DNA from: Raillietiella orientalis
Lineage: Eukaryota
Direction of reading: 5' to 3'
NCBI GenBank assembly: GCA_036172245.1
Contig: JAYWIR010000001.1
Location: forward strand, 5,146,001 to 5,210,000
DNA: 64,000 nt
Both the position numbers and the translations under genes were made by a program. The notes under the pieces were generated by a model. That model was not told the DNA's origin. It saw only the letters and a program-made list of their open reading frames with translations, and did no database searches. This document shows, piece by piece, positions 24,034 through 40,418 of this stretch. Numbering within the stretch: position 1 is the first letter of the stretch; each line of letters starts with the position of its first letter.

Positions 24034-27000
24034 CTCACATCCCAAGCGTGGAACGTCCCCCCTCCCCCCCACCCCTTCCCGGAAACTGCAGCGTTTGGAT
24101 CTGTCTCTCTCTGTTCACAAAGAGCTTGGCAGTTCTCGGAATGGTATAACATCCCGGAAGAACCACTGAGTGCAAGTCAGCCGTGAGACCCGTAAATGCA
24201 GGCCAGAGAAAACACGCGAGACATTCGAAATGCCGCTCGAAAAGCACACGCGCGCGCGCGCGTCAAGAAAAGGGGGAATGATTTTTAAAAACCGAAATCG
24301 AGCAGGCGCGCCGTTTCGCTTGCCTGTCTGCATCGGCGTGATCTAACCCCAGACGTCCTGGTCCTAAATTGCATCGGTTCGTCTTCGCCGCTGTGATTCC
24401 TCGGCGCGTGCAAAGAAAGTTGCAGATTTCCGAAGAACGGTACTTTCGCCCTCCCCCTTCAGTCACGGGAAACGAAGGATCAACAGAGCGGAAGGCGCGA
24501 AGACGGTTTCGCCGTCACCAGTCGGTGAAAGACACAGCGACCATCGTGCACAATGGCCATCTGCGCGTCCTTCAGTCGCTTCTTGCCCACTTTGCATACG
24601 GAACCCTCGAGGACGGGAATCGAAACTTTCCTTTAACCTCTTCTGGCTTCCGGTGCCACGAACCGTTTCAGAGAGAGAGAGGGCGCGTAAAGCCTCTGCG
24701 AGGCAACGAGGAGCGGATGCAACGGAGGGTGCCTCGGTACATTTCTGAGGAAAAGTGGCACTGGTGGGACGCGCGTTTTTTGCCGCAGGCCGCGTGAACA
24801 GCGCCGCAACGGTTGCGTGGAAACGGAACGCCACTCCACGGGAAGAGTCTCGTCGGCGGACAGGGGCACAGAGCAGTGACGTGCAGAGAGCGGAACCGCT
24901 TGCCATCACGCAAGCCGGCCGCTGCAGCCTTTCGGACGCCAAAAGCCTCCTCTTCTTGACCCGCTGCTGGCGCAGTGCGGCAGTGGGCAATGGCGTGCGA
25001 ACCATGCGTGAAGACCAAGCTGTTTTGTCGATTCCGGACGATGCCCGGGCAACGCGGACGCTCTCCTGCCGCTCCGCAGCAGCACGAATGGAGGGATCAG
25101 CGACCATCATCACGGAGGAAGAACCTTCGTCGACTGCCGCCGGAAATAATGAGCACGTTTTGTCGCAACCTCCAGCACCACTGCAGCGACGAAGGGATGC
25201 AAAGTCGTCCGTAATTCCGCAAAAATCCAGTCCGTGGGCACGCTAGCTGCTGCAGTCCACAAGCAAACACAGATAGTGTTTCCCAGAACATGGAAACAGC
25301 TCATGACTCGCCTATGAGAAGAAGCAGGACATGAAACCGTGCGATTATGGTAGTCGAGTTCGATGAGGACCGGAGGGGGTAAAAACTTCCTCCAGGCAGA
25401 CTTGAAGTAACCGCTCAGAGTTGGGCTGTTCCTGCCAATGAATTATTCATGAGTCTGAAGAACCTTCCTACCATTAGCCAAGGTTTGTGCAAGGAAAAGT
25501 AATGCGAATGCATCCCGCATCGATGACCGACCGCAGAAACTCATTTCTTCAATGGCACAGAAGAAAACTTGCGTCTGTTAATGTGCGTTAATTCTGCCGA
25601 CTTTTTGCTTTCCTGATGAGAAAGACGAGAATTGCATTCCGCTTTTCCTCTGCGGCAAGAAATAGCACGTGTCGGTTCTAATTAGACATTCAACTTCTCG
25701 ATAAAGAAACATCTTTGCTCTACATGAGATGACATGAAAAAAATTTGAAATAAATCTTCCTCCAATTTAGGAAAAGGGAATTCTCTTCGTTTCACCTATT
25801 CTTTTGAATTCTATATCATTTTCTCTGCTTCAGCTGCTTCGTGTAGTCACTGGAAGTGGTGCTTCTTGCTATGGTGATCCATTCAGTTCCTTACCTCACC
25901 GAAAACCTATCCCATAAAAATCCACTCTCTTACTTTAATTGAGTCTTAATGTGCAACCTGTAGTTAAAACACTTTCTTGAGATAGCCAGACATAATGCAG
26001 TTTCCTAAGTCAGGCAAATGAAATCTTATTAATTTAATTCATTCCAGATATTTGGTATGCACTTGCTGACGTAGAACGTTCTTGACGCGAGCTTATTCTT
26101 ATGTATGTTTTTGTTTTTTTATTCAATTTGAAAAACTTCTTTAATAGAGAACCGTATATATAATTACCTTACTAATTACCTAGCATTTTTAGGTCATGAG
26201 GAAGACGTTGTGGACACATTTTCATAACTTTCGCTCGCGTACCTTATAGTTCAACGCTCATAAAACAACGCTCATGATGTTCAGCTGACTGACAACATGT
26301 CATATTGAAAATCGGAATGAAAATTATGTCGTTGCAAATGGGAATGTCTAACATTAGATTTGACGTCATTAACGCCTTACAACGCCTTTCAGTTGTATTT
26401 ATGAAACACCCCAGCATAGACAGTTACTTCCGTAATCTGTATATCCCAAAGTTACACAGTCAGACATAATCACAAGGAGAACACGAAGCGCCTGCGTAAG
26501 CAGAAACCATCGCAGAACTGAATGTGTTTGCTTGTTCCAGAACTGTCTGAAAATTTACTGAATTTGTATACATGTTCTGGAATTCGAAAATTTTCCGATT
26601 CCCACTTTTAAATCCCTCTTACCAATAAAAGTTGATGTATTTCAAAGAATCCTGTTGCATACTTTGTCTGCCTTGCGAAACAGTTCTGGGTTACAGTGTC
26701 ATGGAAAGTTTCGGTAAAGTGTTGATACAAATTCGTGTCTATCTACTGAATATTTACTCTGATTTGTAAGGAATTCTCAATAGAGAAAAAAGAATAGATG
26801 ATTGAGCTTATTCTTGTTTGAATCACCATGAATGTTTCCGTTTTCGAGCACACCCTGCTCAATACCTCTTAAAAGCAACCATACGCTTTCTCAGATCATT
26901 GCCGACATTATATTATGACTCAAGAGAAGATGCTTTCTCAAATCAGTGTTAAAGATCATACATTCCCTGAAGAGACTGCATCGAATGCAATCAATTAGTT

Positions 27001-28661
27001 AATTAATGTACGAAAAATTTGTGAAAACAATGATTATTTTATTATTTTAATAACGTGCAAGAAACCACTGTTCAAGACATGGCAGTACTCGTTAAAGAAA
27101 TCAAAGTATTCATCAGGGCGATAAATGAGAAATCAGGAAAAGAGAAACGAGATTGTAGAGCCGTTAATTTATTTTAAATGGAATGGCTTTTATTCAGTTA
27201 GCCTGGCTGTGAGTCTCACTAAAAGCCGGTGTAATAAGTATTGAAAAAATTGCAAGTGTATCACTGATAAAGTACTCAGTGGTACAAAATATTACACAAC
27301 CTAACCGAAGAAACGTACATCTACGATGTGAATCTCAGCGATTAAATCTAAATAGATTGTGGGAGAGGGGTTAAAAGGCTGATTAATAAGGCGAAAAGAC
27401 CAGGCGATAACAAAATGGCCGACAACGGCCATGGCTACCCTGCGATCTGCACCCAATGACGTCCGCAGTCGCTCGTTTTCGTTCACGTGTTCGCTGTAAC
27501 GCAGGTGCTTCAATTTGGTGGAGTACTGGTAGACGAACGAAATATTTGGAAATTCCAGGAATTAATCCGATAAAGCATGGAAATAAAATGCATTTGCTTT
27601 GTAATGTGCTGTGGCATGAAAGAAGGTGAATAATCCTAACGATCTCGTTCATTAGGTAACTATTTCTCGAAAAATTACCAGAACATTCTCGTGTGTACAA
27701 ATTATGCAGTACACCACTGAACTCAGTTGCGTTCGTGAAAGAGTGTGAAACTTATTGACGGATAGCGAGGAGCATTTTTGCTGGAAACCAAAGTTGCTTG
27801 TCACTTGTGCAATTATAACAACATAAATACGCCATATGGTAATAAACCCAGCAAAGACATATGCTGGTTTGTTTTGCAATCACCTCTCGAACAGATTTTT
27901 CGATTTCAGCCTTTCAGCATGCTTTCACACGAATACGAAACATTAGTTACTTCTTAAAAGTATACTATTCGACAGAATATTCATCACCAGGCTGCACTCG
28001 CGTACTTTGCATTCTTCATTAATAAAACTTTCTGGGGGAATGTCTTTACAAGCTGCTAAAACACCCAATTCAACGATGGAAGCTTGAACTTTCATTCCTT
28101 GTGACCTCTTTCACGTTCATAGCAGTTACGACACACACAAAGTGTTAAACAAGGATATCCTCTTGCTATGAGAATCGAATCTCTGAATCTGATGTTTTCA
28201 GGTTTTGACAATTCAGTTGCATTACTGGAAGTACCAATACAAATACTGCTTGCATTGGTTGAACATTATTCATTTTGAATAATGCTGCCAGTTTATTGTA
28301 AATGCTCTTTTTTGGCTTTCTAAGTGCTTAAGTACTGAGGACTTGTTTATTAGTGGAATATTATCTACAGCATTTACACTTTCAATAATCAATTTCATGA
28401 ATGAAAATACGTAATTTTTCGTTTAGATTTAATCATGTATGCTACTTGATGCAATATAGAACAATAAAAACTATCCCAGTTTTTGCTCAAAGATTCTCTC
28501 TTCCAGTTTTCTAAACCCCCGGACAAATCTAGATGTTTTTTCATGACCTAAATGTGTCACTAGTATTCGAAAATGTTTTATTCGTAACCAAATCTTGAAA
28601 GAAAAAAAAGCACATAACCTCATTATAATCGATGAATGCATGCTTTGGGAAAATTGTAAGA

Positions 28662-29010
28662 AACTGCACATCTCGGCGTATAAGACGCACTTTGAACACG
28701 AAAAAATTGGATGTAATTTTTGAGTGCGTCTTATACAACGGGGATAAAAATTCTGACTTCTTCAAAAGTTAGGATGTGAGGGGTGCGCTTCTCTTTAATT
28801 ACCAACTAAATAGAGAATGCATTATTATTTATTCACATTATTACATGTATCTAAATAAGTACAAAAAAACAATGAGGCGGGTAATCATTTTAGATTACCA
28901 CCAGCATACGAGTAAATCGAAAAAAAAAAGAAAAAAAAAAAAAAAAGGCCTCCCAAATTCAACTGAGTCTTACACCTATAGGGGCGTCTTATACGCCAAG
29001 ATATACGGTA
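28662..29010. mobile_element. Non-autonomous pogo-like DNA transposon (MITE), about 350 bp
   Basis: Left end AACTGCACATCTCGGCGTATAAGACGC versus the reverse complement of the right end TACCGTATATCTTGGCGTATAAGACGC (22/27). An internal inverted copy GTGCGTCTTATAC lies at about 28724-28736. The right end finishes in TA. Confidence 0.75.
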
Positions 29011-30105
29011 CCTCTTTCCTATCCAATAATTCTAAAAGTGCCCTCACTTCCTGTTTTCTCCTAAAACGTTCAATTTCTCGAACCATTAAAACTTCATGTG
29101 GGAGTCGTCCTGTTTGCACTAACACATAAATGAACTATTATAAATATAAAGTCTAAAGTCCCAATAAGTGTAGACTTAAATAAGTGTAAGGTTGCATGCA
29201 TATCAAAACAAGCATTGGCTCACAACACATGATACATACACCTAATAGCTGTAATTTCAATATTTATATAGTTCCAAGGTTTTTTACTCCTGTTTTAAAT
29301 TAGAATTGTAACAATGCTATGTAAGTAACACATCAGATAAAAAATACAATACGTGAAACTTAAATAAGGTCCATCAAAGCACTTGCATACTAAAATTGGT
29401 TCCCGAAATCTCCCAATATTTGATTTCACTCATAAATGCCTCATTGATTACACTTTGTGTATACTAGGTAATACCTCTTTTTGGAATGAATCTTTGATCC
29501 TCTTTAAATACTTTAGATTCATGCAAAGGTAGTAATCGACGGTTTGATACTTTTAAATGTATCGGGATATTGAATAAATCAAGCAATTTACACTGTATGC
29601 CATTAACAGACTAGATCATTTGAAAGTCTAAACAAAAGGTTTCTGGTTTTACTTAATATTGACATTAATGAAAGGAATTGCTATATCTTTTTTTTGCGAA
29701 TTTTCAAAACCACAATGTTTCCAATGTCTTTATTTCTCAAAACATTTTTTTATGATAACACTGATGACTACTAATACATTCAGCAATATGCTGTTTCTAC
29801 ATGTTTCCCTGAGAAACATCACTCTGTCAATATTTTCTATCAGCTCTATCTAAGTGTTCTCACCTGCTAGATGGTTTTGCAGACTGAGACATTGTTTTGT
29901 ATGCAACTCCCATGAATTCAGTGCTACAGATTGTTGATGAATGGGATTTATCTTGCAATGCCGTACACTAAATAATTCCATTTGAATTTGTTTGGTATTT
30001 TGATGCATTTTAGAAGTATAAGAATTATGAACTGCAACTTAGTTTGACATATTCCATTTGATGTCCTATCAAACAAACAATAATTGACAACAATGCTACC
30101 AGCTA

Positions 30106-32287
<2,182 letters not shown>

Positions 32288-35200
32288 GGTAGAGATTGAA
32301 ATACGTTGTGCCTGCAATGTAATTGTATTGACAAAATACTTGAAGCCTCCCCACCAAGGCAATCGTGCAACCGATGGATTTCACACAAAACTTAATTCCC
32401 AGTTTCTAGAACTGCGAAACACGAAGTGATATGTACACGCATTTTTTACAGGCCATCGAGATATGCTTGCATTTTTTTTTCCCCCGGTGTCCCTTCAAGT
32501 GCACAATGAGCATTTTTTTTTTTTTTTTTTTTTTTTTTATCATTCGTCCGAGGACTGCAATGCACGTTCACGACCATTGCAGTTCTCTAGGATTCGAACG
32601 GCAACAAATGACCAGGTCGCCTCCCCCCCCATGGCAATCAAAATTTTTTATGTTTTAACTCGTTACCCGGAGCGTTCCTTGTGATAAGAAGCTGTCCTGA
32701 AGGATCTTCCGACACGGGGAATGGCAAAGGTGCGATGGGTGCGAAATTCCTGATGGGGATCGGAGGCGCAGTTGACAGGTGGGGGGAGGAGCGGCGACGA
32801 GGGGGGGGAGGTTGCATTTTGTAAATCGTAAAATGATGCTTCTTAGGAAGTGGCATGCAGATGCTTGGATTTTTATGTCTGCAAAAACTTGATGGATTCT
32901 GAGAACACGCTCCATCGACATGGGATGCTGTTCCTCAAATTCGTGCACGCAGTAATCACCGCTCCTTACGTGCCTGCAAAGAATTATTTATTAATTTTTT
33001 ATAATTTTCAAGATGCTGCTCATTTGTTTCATTCATGTTTAAGGATTTCCACGGAGGATTTCATCAAGAGGAATGGAAAAACATCCAAAGTGATGATCAT
33101 TTCACATAATAGATAGACTCGTAACAGGCAGTGCGCACCTGTTGTGTTGCAAAAAAAAAAAAATGTATCTTTCAAAAAACGAGCAATCGGAAAATTCAAT
33201 CCCGAGACAGCCTCCATGTGCTAAGCTCCAGCTTTTCTGACTGGGATTGTGTTTGATTTACTTGTTTTCCTACGTGCGACGTCTTTCAAAAGAGATCTCA
33301 AACCTCGAATCCCAGCTAGATTGGCATCTTTATTAGTTTTTTTCTCCAAAGATGGCCCTATTTCATTTTGTGCAATTTGAGCAATACATGCAGCATTTAT
33401 GACTTCATTCCAGCGTTTATCAGAATGATGAGGAAAGTAATTGAGTTCCTGAAACACTGGGACACTGCCACAGATAGTTTTTCTTTTTCGTCGTCGTGGT
33501 GGCAATACATATTTCAAGAAGGTTTCCTGTCGTGACTTTGCAATCTTTCAGCCTGGAGAAAGAATCCCCGAATTTAGTTTAATAACTTATGTTCCTTGGG
33601 TTCCAGAGTAACCAAATATCCATTACTTTATTTAAAAATCACACAGTACTATAGTGATCAAAGAATTCGATATGATCAACTTAAACACGAAGTCGAATAA
33701 GCCATTTTATCTGAATGAGAAAGGACCTCATTTAAGGTTCATAAATTTTACAAAGTATTAATTTTGCAACAAAACTGGAAATTCGAAAATCCAGCAACTG
33801 GGTTTACCACTTGTTATTTTACTAAATGACGCTGCATTTCAAGCACCATGGAATATTAATTTTATGCAGTGCAGTCGAATTTTCATTTAGCACTTTTATA
33901 TCAGGTAGCTTCGTATGGAGTCAAAAGTACCCAGAGAAGCCTTGACAGAATCTTATTTTGGTGAAACTTTCTTCACATTAATTTCTAAATTAGAGATGAC
34001 AGTGATTTTCGATTGTTTACGTAGCATTATGAAGGTATTGGGTCTAATTTGTGACCTCTAATTCATAATTCATTAGATGAAGGTGACTCTCTGAATCATT
34101 TTGCAGCGTAACTGCTTAATATCTATGTCAACCTCCAATTTCATTAAAAAGTATCATTTCTTTTAAATCTACTTCGTAGGCGCCTACTCAGTGAGAAGAA
34201 CCAAATTTCAGTTGTGTTCACTAGTTATAAATTGATACTTAGAAATCACGATAAACTTGATTACTTAGACGAATTTGGAAGGGTTGAACACCATAGATTT
34301 TCTGAAGCCAGAAATCTTTAACGAAAAAGCATGTTTGGTTTCAAAAATGGAATTTTCCCAGAACCGGAAAATTGCTGTCTTTAATGTAGAAACGGAAAAC
34401 TAATCAATGGATGAGGAAAAGTAGTTGCTGTAAGTAAAGGGAATAACCAGATCTCACCTTTGGAAAGATCATGCAACTGGAGAGAGTTTATGATTCTTAG
34501 TGTTTGTTCAACATCAGCATCCTTTCATTCGAGCCATGACTCAGTCAGATATGGCTGAAAATTTATGTCACTTGATGTATTGAGATAGTTTCACTACGAC
34601 ATTTCTCCCTTATTTCTTACTGGAACACGGATGAGCATGTATTTGACTCTCGTAGTAGCTCATTACAAACACCTTGTCTTGAACAATAAAATCCTGATAT
34701 AGTGCAGTGCACTATTCAGAATTCCTTGTAAATCAAGAATGATAGTGACACAAACAACTTGTGACACAACTCACTTGTTTCTTTTAGTTGACATAAAACT
34801 ATATATCATAATTTTATTATGTTCAAATTCTGATTCTTTAAATATGGAAGATGATTGTGGTTTACTTTTCTTTAAAAGCGTATGCACGATCTGTGACAAC
34901 AGCTTTTCTATTTTCTCTTGCAAGATGATAAACAAAAGCAGTTGATTACATTCTCAGAAAAGATCAATAATGATGATTAAAATAGAGGACAGAACTAACT
35001 GTCCATATCAGTTTTTTGGATATGCGTCCCACTGAAATCAATTCAAAATCAATTCTGAAATTGAGATGAACTTTCAGATGGAACCCTTTTGTCGCAAGTA
35101 TATATATGTACTGAACTCGTGTACAATACCCTTCAGTCATTTGGATTTACAGATAAAAAAATAGGAAACCCTTTCTGGGAGAAAATTCTCAGTTGTTTAA

Positions 35201-36854
35201 TTACCAATTCAAATGCTCTTCCAAGAAGATAGCTGCATGTAGCACACAATTCTAATTCTACTTAGCAAGCGTAAAAGATCCAAGGTTTACTTCTTTCTGT
35301 TAATTCCTTGGAATTTTCACTGAATGATAATTCATGCTGCATAGAAAAACTACATTTCCCATAGGAGGCAACACCAAGGAAAATACAAATATAGCTTTTT
35401 GTATTGAAAAACAGTTCTCATCAATTAAGTCTATGGTCCTCCAAAGAGTATTTGTAAAGCTTCATAAATGAATTTGTGTCGATCGTACTTTGATGTGATG
35501 TTTTTAACTAAAAAGAAATGCATCAACTGCATCATTTTCCATTTAGTTTAAAGTACAGTGAATTCATGTAAGCAAACTAAGTTTATTGAAAGATGTCATT
35601 ATGTTTGCTCTGCAAATTCATCGTTAATCCTCCAAATACAGGCGTAATTCTGGAATATCCTACAATGCTAATAACTCTTCGATAGCTTTCAATATAACTA
35701 TCAACTTGGCTGAATGTGAGTATTTTAGATCTTGTCAGCTAACGATGCACTCCTCTATCTCTAATGTTGGATCCGTGTTTGCTAATTCATAAAAACACAA
35801 GATTACTTTCCAAAAGTATCGAGTCATCAAACTTCTGCTTCAATCTGTTTTGGATCAATGTGCCCTGTTCAAAGTCTATCAGTTTGAAGTTCAAATTCTG
35901 TCTGCATTCATTGGTGATAATTTCTGATGCGACTTATGGATTTAAATTCTAGAATAAAATTGTTTCCTTCCCGGAGACTGCTTTGCTGCTTCAGTCTAGG
36001 CATTAAACCGTTATTGTGTGATATATGAGAAGTACCGTGGCTCAATGACCAAGAATCTTGAGAAATTCTGGAAAAGCCAAACTCATTCCAATTTGTGGCT
36101 GATTTTCAAGATGTTGGTAAGACGGCTATTAAAACACCAAAGTTCTTCAATTTGATCAATAGCTTAAACTGGAAATAAATAATGCAGACATGGCAAGCTT
36201 ATTTGCAACTCGTTCGAAATTGTGAAACGAAATTTAAATGGATTTCGGAGGTGAATTCAAGTCAAATAATAAGAACGGATCACGAAGATGAAGCAAACTC
36301 CTCAAATCCTTCCGAAAATTGCGATAAAAAAATCTTGATAGGTGTTGAAAGAGATCTGCATGCAGAGAGCAGAGCAAAGATATGCAAGGGCATTCTAACT
36401 GTTTGTCTACTACGAGGTTCTCTTTAAAGAAAAGACGAAAAATGCTGCACAGATACTTTAATAAAAGTGGCTAATGACGATGGTAGTGTTTCATCCTCGA
36501 TATTATGTCATGTAATGCACAATATGCATTAAATAAATACTGCTTTAAATAACGATACATTTTTAAAATATCATATAGGAATGAAAAATCATCATTGAGT
36601 ATTAAGAAAAGCATCATAAGTTTTGCCTCTCAGAGTATTAAAAGAAAGAAAAAGAAAGAAGGCCTTACCTTACGTGAGCTCAAGATATGACTGCTTTTGA
36701 GGAATAGAACAAGTAGCTTACGGTCTTCACCATTAAAGATTAACAAAAGTGCGTTTCGATGTAAACAACACTCTCTGTTGTTACAAAGCACAAATTTCGC
36801 TCAAGTACAGAGCGATTTGAGATTCATGGTGTATAATTAATTCAGTGGAAGATG

Positions 36855-36913
36855 TAAGGAAAAATGGTTCTTGTTGTCTTCATACTGAACATAACAAGAA
36901 CCATTTGTCCTTA
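36855..36913. other. Near-perfect 59-nt hairpin (pre-miRNA-like geometry)
   Basis: TAAGGAAAAATGGTTCTTGTT pairs with AACAAGAACCATTTGTCCTTA (21 bp, one mismatch) around a 17-nt loop that can partly self-pair. The hairpin is seen directly; its function is unknown. Confidence 0.5.
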
Positions 36914-38218
36914 GTTGTGCTTTTGCTCAAATACGGATTTTGAAAGCATATTCTGAGTTTAGAAAGAAACAGTTCATTCTTACTGCTGGATTCTTTCAGA
37001 TATAAGATCAACAGTAATGCTTTCTCAACATTTGCAAAGATGAAGGTCCTTCAAAACTCCCCTCCAACTAATGTGTCTATACTTATGACACATTGATACC
37101 CATTGCCACAACTGGAGTAAATAAGATTTGACCGACAAATTGTGTTATTCCGGATGCTCGCAAATTCCTTCAACCTCTATTATTAAAAACTATAAACGTC
37201 GGATTGCAGGTAATAGTAAAATTCATATTTCAAATTTCCCCCTTCCTACTCCTTGAAATAATAGGAGCCTCTGAGTTTTTTGGCTGTATCTTGCACTCAT
37301 GGCAACTCATTTCAAATCAGTAAATGTTTATTTAATTAGTGTACGAATCAACGGCTACTGCATCCAAATTCTTTAATCATTTCGAAGATCAGATTAATGT
37401 AACCCTTAATTTTCTCTCTGGTAATTAATAGCGTTGGAGATTCATTACGAAAAAGATGAACATACATGTTGGGAAGATTGATTTATGTATCTCAATGCTC
37501 TCTGAAGAGATAAGCTACTGCGCTCATAGTGAGCACAAAATTTCCAGTTGTACACTTTAGAAAGAATAATGCTGATTTTTCTTTTTTAAAAAATATCAAA
37601 ATAGAGCAGTAAATAATTACTTGCCTGTTATCAAAAAGAAATACTATTATCAAATATGTGATATTATTAAAGTTATTATCCAATAATTGTTATTAAAGCC
37701 GATATATTAGTGAGGAAAGTATCAATGCTAAGTCTTTTTGTTTTTCGTAACTAGAGGTTATGGAGAAGAGTCTAGCGAGTTTTTGAAAAACTAAAACCTC
37801 TTAATCCCTTACTTTTTCAATTATGATCCTATAACAGCTTTCTGTAATAATTGTGGTTTTTTCTTAAACCGATTCCTGTCACTCCGTTTATTTCTATTGC
37901 CATTTCATTTTTTGATTATCTCAAAATTGTGTATTGACATGTTTTGAACTAAACCACATTTTATTCTGGAGATCATTAAAATATTGTCCAAATATTCATA
38001 TAAGCTTTAAAAAGTCACATAACATTCAAGATACTAGAATATACTTATTTTGAGTCCGTTTTTTTGAAGAATTAATATTTAATAATAGCGACAAACTTTC
38101 CTTGGCATTCCTGGATTGGTATTCTCGCATTTGTCGAAGAAAACCCCGAGCACCGTAGTAGAGGTTCCTGGGTTGTGTGAATTCACATTTCGTGTAAAAC
38201 ATGTGTTAACTTAATAAA

Positions 38219-40418
38219 ATGTTGAAATGTTTCCAACAAAATAAATTTCTGGCATCAAATGATGACAACGTACCTTATAAAACATGTTTTTTCTGTCGAT
38301 CCCAAAGCAAAAAGTTCTACTGCGTTGATTGTGTTCGAAATGGAAACTTCACTTCCATTTGTAGATGCACATCTGGTTTTCCAGAACGGTACATTATCGT
38401 TATTGTATATATCTGGAATTATTACCTGTACATTTTGTTCTTTTGTACTCTGAACGCCCAAAGCCATTAGAGTTCTGTTTAAGATTGGCTATAATCAGTT
38501 GTTCATGACGTTAATTTCTTATACTCACGTTATCAGCCTTGTGAATTGTTTTAGCGTAACTTAAATAAGTTGTAGGGGATAATTTTTTTTGTTTATCTTT
38601 TGCTATGCTTTGTTGGTTCTATTGTGTGTTTATTTTTGCTTGTTAAGAAATTTCGGATCATTCTGGTTTGCATTTGAATCTGGTTTGCACTGTTCAATTG
38701 TTTGGAAACAGTTCATTTCAGTTCATTTCTACAAGATTGTCTTATCATTTCTAGATTTACGGATAGAAAAATTTATTGGCTGGAACTGGAAAATAGGAAG
38801 GAGAATTTGAAAACAAAATACAACACTACAATGCAAGACCAGTTTCAAGTTGAAGTGCTAGTAAAATATTTATATTCTTGTTTTATTTCTAAATTTTTCT
38901 CCATAAAAAATTAACTTGTAAAAATATTTTATGATTTTAGCTCATTGCAAATAAATTTTTAAGAGATGTTTCATTTTATGGCTGCAGAATCGTAAAATTG
39001 AAGAACTCAGATATAGAGTAGGCTTGATGAAACAGCTGCTGAACATTCATAAAACTGAGACTGAACAAAGTATGTATGCGTTTGGCATAATGTGCTAATT
39101 TAATTGTAGAAATCGCTGATATTCATCACATAAAACATGAAAGAAAAAAGTTTACTCAGATTCAGAAATATCATACTCACACAAATCAGATTCAAAAATA
39201 TCTCCAGGAGAGAATTCAGAAATCGAAAACAAAACAAAAGGCACTGAAAAATTTACAAAGTGAACTGCAGAGTTGGGTGGAATCTGAAATAAAAGAAGTG
39301 AAACAACATGTTTTCATTATTTCAGAAGAACATGAGGACTCTGTGTATGCATAAATAAGTTTTATGTTATTTGTTTTTAGCCTGTTTTTGCTTCCAGTTC
39401 CCAGGAAGACAGTAATGTACAAAAGCAATTGGAAGAGGCTTCTGCAATGTGCTATGTGCAAGGCCACTGGTTGTGTTCTCCTCTGGAAAGCCACAGGAAA
39501 TATCGCATTGCAGGATCGCTGATATCATGTATTTTTTTCATCAGAATAGTATGGATGCAATGGATGTGTGTGTTTCTCGTAAATTGGGTGTGTTGGAATG
39601 TTTATCGTTTTCTGTTCATTTGATGAGGCTTCAGTTCAGAGTTCTCTGTTATCCTCCCTAGATGATGAGCAACAATCATCTGGCCATGTTACTGGCCATG
39701 CAGCACTTACTTATACAACACAGCTAGTCAATTTGCTCAACTATTATTTGGGTGTGCATCCACCCTATTATTTGCATGCCAGGTAAGGTAATCGTAAGCT
39801 GCAAAATACGTACTGAAACTTCACAGGATGTTCTGTTTAGAATCTCAGAATGAAAAAAATTTGGCATGCAGAATTGCACAGCTTAATGCCAATGTTCTTG
39901 ATTTGTGTTTGAGCCAAAAGATTCCTTTAGAGCATTTGCAACCCAAAGGTTTGCTGGCCAATCTGGTTGTGCTTTTGAAACAAGAACATCTCTTAATAGA
40001 GTGGTACTGATATTTGCATGGAAGTGTGATGTGGTCTTCAGTATTTTTTTTTTTTTTTTTCCCCTGTTTTAGCCCCCAGGATGACTACCCAATGAAATTA
40101 GCACCGGAAATTTTCGAGGACCCCTTGCTTTCAGAATTCAATATGGACTCCTGTGAATTAGAAGGCTTAGCTTGTTCCAGTGATTGGGAACCGGTGAGTA
40201 GCTATTTCTTTAATATGCTGATTATGCTTTAGCTTGATTGTCCTGAATTTCCTACAATGAATGTGGACAGCGTGGATTATTTTATGCATCAGCACAATGG
40301 CAGGAATAGTTTCAGTGGAGCCTTTGTTACTTCAGCCACAGCAGCCATTAACAACTGGTGGAAAGCAGCTCTGCCAAAAAAAGATGGGAAAAAACAAGCG
40401 GCTTCCAAGACTGGATGA
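38219..40418 (+). CDS. ATG14: Beclin 1-associated autophagy regulator ATG14, 9 exons, 442 aa
   Basis: Exons 38219-38388, 38755-38860, 38988-39069, 39110-39344, 39398-39528, 39662-39782, 39827-40003, 40073-40193 and 40233-40418. All introns are GT-AG, phases agree, and the total is 1329 nt. It has the N-terminal CxxC..CxxC (CFFC..FYCVDCVRNGNF..ERF), a coiled coil, AALTYTTQLVNLL, LNANVLDLCLSQ..LQP..LANL, DWE, and a BATS-like C-terminal helix VTSATAAINNWWKA. Confidence 0.93.

Noticed and set aside
25400..30000. Additional protein-coding gene in the left part of the AT-rich block
   Set aside because: I found no phase-consistent exon chain or recognisable peptide. Part of it may be the GALT 3' UTR.
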